From assembly GCF_039654945.1 (NCBI RefSeq), contig NW_027361716.1, forward strand, positions 14,074,001-14,138,000: DNA of 64,000 bases. Direction: 5' to 3'. The translations under genes and the position numbers were made by a program. The notes beneath the pieces were generated by a model that was given only the letters and a program-made list of their open reading frames with translations, was not told the DNA's origin and ran no database searches. Each line of letters starts with the position of its first letter. Position 1 is the first letter of the stretch. This document shows, piece by piece, positions 56,875 to 64,000 of this stretch. The stretch is from Dendrobates tinctorius (lineage: Eukaryota).

Positions 56875-59010
56875 GTAGTCAGGATTAGCCAGAGGTCGGT
56901 ATAGTGGAATGATCAGCAGGTTGCGTAGTCAGGAATAGCCAGGGGTCGGTACACAGGAGCAGCAGTATGGTTGAAGGATCAGCAAGTTGCGTTATCAGGA
57001 ATAGCCAGGGGTCGGTATACAGGAGCAGCAGTATAGTGGAATGATTAGCAGGTTGTGTAGTCAGGAATAGCCAGAGGTCGGTACACAGGAGCAGCAGCAT
57101 GGTTGAAGGATCAGCAGGTTGTGTTGTCAGGAATAGCCAGGGGTCGGTATACAGGAGCAGCAGTATAGTTGAATGATTAGCAGGTTGCGTAGTCAGGAAT
57201 AGCCAGAGTACACAGGAGCAGCAGTATAGTGGAATGATCAGCAGGTTGTGTAGTCAGGAATAGCCAGAGGTCAGTACACAAGAGCAGCAGTATAGTTGAA
57301 GGATCAGCAGGTTGCGTAGTCAGGAATAGCCAGAGGTCGGTACACAGGAGCAGCAGTATAGTGGAATGATTAGCAGGTTGCATAGTCAGGAATAGCCAGA
57401 GGTCGGTACACAGGAGCAGCAGTATAGTGGAATTATTGGCAGGTTGCGTAGTCAGGAATAGCCAGAGGTCGGTACACAGGAGCAGCAGTATAGTGGAATG
57501 ATTAGCAGGTTGCATAGTCAGGAATAGCCAGGGGTCGGTACACAGGAGCAGCAGTATGGTTGAAGGATCAGCAGGTTGCGTTGTCAGGAATAGCCAGGGG
57601 TCGGTATACAGGAGCAGCAGTATAGTGGAATGATTAGCAGGTTCTGTAGTCAGGAATAGCCAGAGGTCGGTATACAGGAGCAGCAGTATAGTGGAATGAT
57701 TAGCAGGTTGCGTAGTCAGGAATAGCCAGAGGTCGGTACACAGGAGCAGCAGTATAGTGGAATGATTAGCAGGTTGCGTTGTCAGGAATAGCCAGAGGTC
57801 GGTACACAGGAGCAGCAGTATAGTGGAATGATCAGCAGGTTGCGTAGTCAGGAATAGCCAGGGGTCGGTACACAGGAGCAGCAGTATAGTGGAATGATTA
57901 GCAGGTTGCGTTGTCAGGAATAGCCAGAGGTCGGTACACAGGAGCAGCAGTATAGTGGAATTATTGGCAGGTTGCATAGTCAGGAATAGCCAGAGGTCGG
58001 TACACAGGAGCAGCAGTATAGTGGAATTATTGGCAGGTTGCGTAGTCAGGAATAGCCAGAGGTCGGTACACAAGAGCAGCAGTATAGTGGAATGATTAGC
58101 AGGTTGCATAGTCAGGAATAGCCAGGGGTCGGTACACAGGAGCAGCAGTATGGTTGAAGGATCAGCAGGTTGCGTTGTCAGGAATAGCCAGGGGTCGGTA
58201 TACAGGAGCAGCAGTATAGTGGAATGATTAGCAGGTTCTGTAGTCAGGAATAGCCAGAGGTCGGTATACAGGAGCAGCAGTATAGTGGAATGATTAGCAG
58301 GTTGCGTAGTCAGGAATAGCCAGAGGTCGGTACACAGGAGCAGCAGTATAGTGGAATGATTAGCTGGTTGCGTTGTCAGGAATAGCCAGAGGTCGGTACA
58401 CAGTAGCAGCAGTATAGTGGAATGATCAGCAGGTTGCGTAGTCAGGAATAGCCAGGGGTCGGTACACAGGAGCAGCAGTATGGTTGAAGGATCAGCAAGT
58501 TGCGTTGTCAGGAATAGCCAGGGGTCGGTATACAGGAGCAGCAGTATAGTGGAATGATTAGCAGGTTGTGTAGTCAGGTATAGCCAGAGGTCGGTACACA
58601 GGAGCAGCAGTATAGTGGAATGATTAGCAGGTTGCGTAGTCAGGAATAGCCAGAGGTCGGTACACAGGAGCAGCAGTATAGTGGAATGATTAGCAGGTTG
58701 CGTAGTCAGGAATAGCCAGAGGTCGGTACACAGGAGCAGCAGTATAGTGGAATGATTAGCAGGTTGTGTAGTCAGGAATAGCCAGAGGTCGGTACACAGG
58801 AGCAGCAGTATAGTTGAAGGATTAGCAGGTTGCGTAGTCAGGAATAGCCAGAGGTCGGTACACAGGAGCAGCAGTATAGTTGAAGGATTAGCAGGTTGCG
58901 TAGTCAGGAATAGCCAGAGGTCGGTACACAGGAGCAGCAGTATAGTTGAAGGATTAGCAGGTTGCATAGTCAGAAATAGCTAGGGGTCGGTACACAGGAG
59001 CAGCAGTATA
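56875..59010 (+). repeat. 66-bp tandem repeat, about 32 copies, with a 9-unit higher-order duplication
   Basis: Unit GTAGTCAGGAATAGCCAGAGGTCGGTACACAGGAGCAGCAGTATAGTGGAATGATTAGCAGGTTGC; variant patterns recur at 594-bp spacing. Confidence 0.95.
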
Positions 59011-59374
59011 ATCTTGGATAAAGCAGCAGGTAAAAGGAGAGCTTGACTAAATCCTGTTATCTCAATAATCTTGCAGGGAAGGAAGTTCAATGTCAGCTTA
59101 AAGTAGGATGCTCAGTCAGAAGATCACAGGGTGGAGACAGTCAGAAACAACACAGGTACTAGCATGCGGGTTAACAAGAAACTGTCCAGCTAGCTGAATA
59201 GCTCAGGTGCACAAGAGCTGCTGGGTTCGAGTCTTATAATTCAAATAAGTATTTGTATTTATTTGTGGTTCCTCAGCCTCTAAGATATGTCCTTTTCTCC
59301 CAATAGTGATTCATGCACAGATACAGCTAAAAAGCCCTGATAAGAAAACCACTGCTTAGACGGAACCCCCGTAT

Positions 59375-59652
59375 GCAGCACGGTGGCTCAGTGGTTAGCA
59401 CTGCAGCCTTGCAGCGTTGGGTCCTGGGTTCAAATCTCACCAAGGACAACATCTGCAAGGAGTTTGTATGTTCTCCCCGTGTTTGCGTGGGTTTCCTCTG
59501 TGTTCTCTGGTTTTCTCCCACATTCCAAAGACATACTGATAGGGAATTTAGATTTTGGTCCCCATCAGGGATAGGGATGATGATGTGTGCAAACTGTAAG
59601 GTGCTGCTAAATATGTTGGCACTTTATAAATAAACAGATTATTATTATTATA
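59375..59652 (+). mobile_element. tRNA-derived V-SINE with an L2-type tail
   Basis: A box TGGCTCAGTGG, B box GGTTCAAAT, V-domain GGAGTTTGTATGTTCTCCCCGTGTTTGCGTGGGTTTCCTC, and tail ...TTTATAAATAAACAG(ATT)n. Confidence 0.9.
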
Positions 59653-60688
59653 ATTAACCTGTGATCAGTTTTATGCTTTCTGGACCACGAAAAGTCGTCC
59701 TTAGGACTATGTGTCTCAGTTGGATAGTATAAGGCCGTTCCCTGTTAAGTTTTTCCCGCCCCACTTCACTTCTGACAGTTTTCTTCCTGTATATTTACTT
59801 AGAAAGAGATCTATCATTCAAAGCGTTCTGATTAAGAAAGAGAAGAAAAAAATATGATCAGCTCACCTATGCACGAGTGCACAGGTTCGGTAATCCAAGG
59901 AAAGGGGTGGATCCAGCACTTCAAAAGAAGCCCAAATGTTATTTTCATCGATTAAAACATTATTCCAGGGAAAAATTCACATTGTACAATGGATGAATAT
60001 AACGTCTGTGGAGAAAGTCTCAAGACAAATGTAATATCCTAGTTGACGCGTTTCAAAGTGATATTTCTCATCCATAACCTGAATTCTGGTATCACTTCGA
60101 AACGCGTGTTCTTGTTGTTCTAGGCATTCATATCCCTCTCTGCCTTACATGTGGCATGCACCTATGCACTTTATATCCATGTTGCTTGACCCTATTCTTC
60201 ACCATATTATTATTTGCTTCAGGGTCTATATCATTGTCCTTTTTGCTTCCGGTTTTTTATTTTTGATATTGTAGGTGCTATACTTTTTGCCACATGGTGC
60301 TGTGAACATAGACCTACGATATGTTAGACAGGTTGGGTTTTATAAGCTTGTACTTCTTTTTCAGCTTGATGCACTAACTTATTCATGTTCTCAGTCATGT
60401 CATACCCACTAACTTAGTTTGTGCAGAGTCATATATGGGGCCATTAAAAAAAATAATACCGTACTTGCTGATCTCCCATCTCTTGTTGTAACACTTCTCA
60501 GGTCTGGTCTCTGCTACCTGGTTCCTCAGCCAATCATCGGCCACAGGAATGACCCATCTCAGCCACCGATTGGCTGAGTGGTTCATTGGTGTCAGTAGAG
60601 ACCAGGAAGCACAAACCAGTTGGGACTTGGGAAGCGTCAGAGCAGGTGTGATGGGGATCAGTGAGTTGGTACCACTTCTTTTCTGACA

Positions 60689-62160
60689 TCTAATATATAA
60701 AGCTCAATGTGGATGTGTATATATGTTTGTGTGTGTGTATGTCCGGGATTGGCATCCGCACCGTCGCAGCTACAGCCACAAAATTTGGCACAGTCACACG
60801 TCTGGACCCGTCTTAGGCTATGTTGTGAGGTGAAATTTTAACCCCGCATGTTCCAATTCACCAATTTTGCCCCTATCTACATAATGGGGAAAAAGTGTGT
60901 GTATCAAGCCCCACCCCTCATTATGATGTCATAATAGTTGCCATGGTGACGCTGATGTCATCATAGGTTGCAAGCCCGGCCCCTCATTATGATGTCATAA
61001 TGGTTACCATGGCAACGCTAATGTCATAATAGGTTGCAATGGCAAAGTTGCTGTCACAATGGTTGTCATGGTGACGATGATGTCTTAATAGGTTGCAATG
61101 GTGACGTTATGTCATAACGGTTGCCATGGTGATGATGATGTCATAATGGGTATATGGGCACGGGAATATGGGATGGAGGATGTGTGATGGGTATATGGGC
61201 ATGGGACTATGGGATGGAGGATATGTATGATGGGTATATGGGCACGGGACTATGGGATGGCGGATATGTATGATGGGTATATGGGCACGGGCCTATGGGA
61301 AGGTGGATATGTATGATGGGTATATGGGCACGGGACTATGGGATGGCGGATATGTATGATGGGTATATGGGCAGTGGGCTATGGGAAGGTGGATATGTAT
61401 GATGGGTATATGGGCATGGGACTATGGGATGGAGGATAATTATAATTTGTTATAACTAACCACAGTTAATTACTATGCCTGGGCAGCGCCAGGCTCTTCA
61501 GCTAGTATATATATATATATAAAGCTCAATGTGGGTGTGTATGTCCGGGATTGGCATCGGCACCGTCGCAGCTCCAGCCACAAAATTTGGCACAGTCACA
61601 CGTCTGGACCCCAAGAGGGTCATAGGCTATGTTGTGAGGCAAAATTTTAACCCCGCGTGTTCCAATTCACCAAACAATTTTGCCCGTATCTACATAATGG
61701 GGAAAAAGTGTATGTATTGGCATCTGCACCGTCGCAGCTACAGCCACAAAATTTTGCACAGTCACACGTCTGGACCCCGATAGCATCATAGGCTATGTTG
61801 TGAGGCGAAATTTTAACCCTGCGCGTTCCAATTCACCAAACAATTTTGCCCCTATCTACATAATGGGGAAAAAGTGAAAGGAAAAGTGTTGGGAGGCAAA
61901 TTGACAGCTGCCAGATGTGAATAAGGGGGACTGAAAGAATGAGCGCGATGGCGCCAAAGAGTATATATCGTACAGTTGCTAAGGTGGGGCCCTGACATGG
62001 GATACTCACCACACACGGGGATATGAACACACACAAAATGCGCCACACATTACCACGTGCTTCAACACATATACCACCCTCAGCACACATTTCACCACAC
62101 ATACACCAACCTCGCCACATAAAAGTCAAAACAGAAAAGTCGGCACTCAAAACTCGCCAC
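60689..62160 (+). mobile_element. Head-to-tail non-autonomous Helitrons
   Basis: A|TC start at 60689; 3' hairpin GCCTGG-gcagcg-CCAGGC then CTAG|T at 61502-61506. A second copy of the same 5' sequence starts at about 61510 with an internal duplication. A 43-bp minisatellite lies at about 61147-61435. Confidence 0.75.
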
Positions 62161-62367
62161 GTTGTCCCAGAGCTGTTTAAAAGCTGAAAAATGAGCTGTG
62201 ATTGGTTGCTATCAGCAATAGTTTTCTTTGCAGACAGTTGTGGTAACTGAGGCCTATTATTCTTATCATTTCTATGGTGTTATCGTCCTTCTGTAAAGCT
62301 GGAAATAACACAATTTATTACCATGCCAACATAGACCATCCTCTGACACAGACTGCAGGGGGTGCCC

Positions 62368-62885
62368 AGTATCACACAGGATAGGATTAGATACTCTGCT
62401 CAGCAGACAGTATCACACAGAATAGGATTAGATACATAGCTCAGCAGTCAGTATCACACAGGATAGGGTTAGATACACGGCTCAGCAGACAGTATCACAC
62501 GGGATAGGATTAGATGCACAGCTCAGCACACAGTATCACACAGAACAGTATTAGATACACGGCTCAGCAGACAGTATCACACAGGATAGGATTAGATACA
62601 CGGCTCAGCAGTCAGTATCACACAGGATAGGATTAGATACACAGCTCAGCAGTCAGTATCACACAGGATAGGATTAGATACACAACTCAGCAGTCAGTAT
62701 CACACAGGATAGGATTAGATACACAGCTCAGCAGTCAGTATCACACAGGATAGGATTAGATACATGGCTCAGCAGGCAGTATCACACAGGGTAGGATTAG
62801 ATACACGGCTCAGAAGTCAGAATCACAAAGGATAGGATTAGATACACAGCTCAGCACACAGTATCACACAAAATAGGATTAGATA
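62368..62885 (+). repeat. 41-bp minisatellite, about 12 copies, cut by an LTR insertion
   Basis: Unit CAGTATCACACAGGATAGGATTAGATACACGGCTCAGCAGA. Confidence 0.92.
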
Positions 62886-64000
62886 TGTAGGGAAGGTGAC
62901 CTGATGGACGGACGGACTTGTCAGTATAGAGAAGGAAAGGTTTGCACAGTTTAGATAGGTGTCAGTTTCTACAGTGAGGAAACAGCTAGGAAAGTGTAGT
63001 GGACGTGCAGTACCTTGGGTTGACCATTAGAGAGCAGGGAGGAGTGTGAGCAAAGGACTTGACATCAGCTTAGGGTTTATGAAACCGTTGGTCATGGGGG
63101 GCAGAGTTACAGGGAACCGGGAAAGATATAAATTTGAAGGAGGGTTCCAGAAAGTTCCAGTCCCCAGGGGGAGCTCCAGTGACAGGAGGACTACGACAGT
63201 TTGTGCGCTGTGAGGAAAACCATACCAGGAGGACTGAGGAGAGAGAACGTCAGGGGGGTGGTCCTGACAGGACGAACCGCAGTAGAGACGAGGCTCTGGG
63301 TGTAGGACACCGTATTTGTAACGACGAAACTGACCAGTAAAGTTCTGATGGTGTACGGGCCTAAGGCGGCCACAGTGACTGAGCTGACAGGATCGTCACC
63401 GCGTGAAAAGGGGCGGTACGTATAAATACGTCCCTGGTGTAACGTACGGTGTGTGAAGCGGCCCTGGACACGGAGGGCCGTGAGAGAGACATATAGTGGT
63501 GTGCTGCGAGGGCCGTCAGTCGGACGGTGGACAATAAACTTGGACCTGTTGCACCCAGAATCTGTCTCCATCTTGTCTCTGTTTCGTCTCTGCGCGGTAA
63601 GAAGAGGGACCACCCCCCAGCCCGGCCCACGACCCTACACTTGGCGTAGTCGGCAGGATCAACGCTGCTAGTACGTCATCTTCTGCGGCAGGCCTGCCCT
63701 AAAGGATGGAGAAAGACTTGGACAGTGCTGCTTGGATTACAAATACCTGTGGATTACAAATCACCCACCTGTGGATTATAATTCGGGAGCGCTGTGGCAT
63801 ATCTGCGTCACCAGCAGAAGATTCGGGGAGGTACCAGGACTGGTGCAAGATGGCGGTGATGCTCCAGTGCAGAGGAGAGATCCAGATGTTTGCTGTTGTT
63901 CCCAATGGACTGGGGCCCCCTCCTACGTACCCCGGGGACCAGCGCTGTGTCCCGGGAGGCCGATGCTCCCTCATACTGGACCCTGACAAATGGGTGGAAA
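62886..64000 (+). mobile_element. 5' end of an LTR retrotransposon (LTR 62886-63639, tRNA-Ser PBS 63642-63659), continues beyond the window
   Basis: TGTAGGG...CCCTACA inverted termini; AATAAA at about 63533; TGGCGTAGTCGGCAGGAT is complementary to the tRNA-Ser(AGA/TGA) 3' end. A frame from ATG 63706 stays open to the window end. Confidence 0.85.

Noticed and set aside
57177-58967. 596-aa ORF of 22-aa repeats on the minus strand
   Set aside because: It is a by-product of a 66-bp (multiple of 3) tandem unit with no stop in one frame; there is no unique N- or C-terminal domain or splice context.
53891-59010. CRISPR-like appearance of the 65-bp and 66-bp arrays
   Set aside because: Units are contiguous with no unique spacers, there are no cas genes and the context is eukaryotic.
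59375-59445. tRNA gene
   Set aside because: The A and B boxes run into a V-domain and an L2 tail with no acceptor stem; this is a SINE head.
42487-64000. Naming a specific element as SIMO or another known PAX6 enhancer
   Set aside because: I cannot match those sequences reliably from memory, and with this degree of intron expansion SIMO may lie beyond the window.

Overview
Vertebrate genomic DNA, most likely a large-genome anuran (inferred from the repeat families). The only host-gene coding sequence I can support is two internal + strand exons of ELP4 (26693-26801 and 42380-42486; the equivalents of human exons 8 and 9). In jawed vertebrates these introns hold the PAX6 downstream regulatory region, and several repeat-free, homeobox-site-rich islands here are candidate PAX6 enhancers. 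Most of the rest is transposon-derived: Tc1-like elements (one intact DD34E transposase and a near-identical inverted copy on the other side of exon 8), a decayed L2 LINE with a 2A-like peptide, a V-SINE, an RTE fragment, Penelope-like hairpins with hammerhead-ribozyme cores, Helitrons, hAT/Harbinger/piggyBac/Kolobok-type MITEs, solo LTRs and several minisatellites. The most unusual item is a complete 4.9-kb LTR element (6588-11479; CTAT TSD, tRNA-Ser PBS, PPT) with no recognisable gag/pol. Instead it has one reading frame, broken by two stops, encoding a Y-box-like cold-shock domain protein. All calls are by eye; no searches were run.
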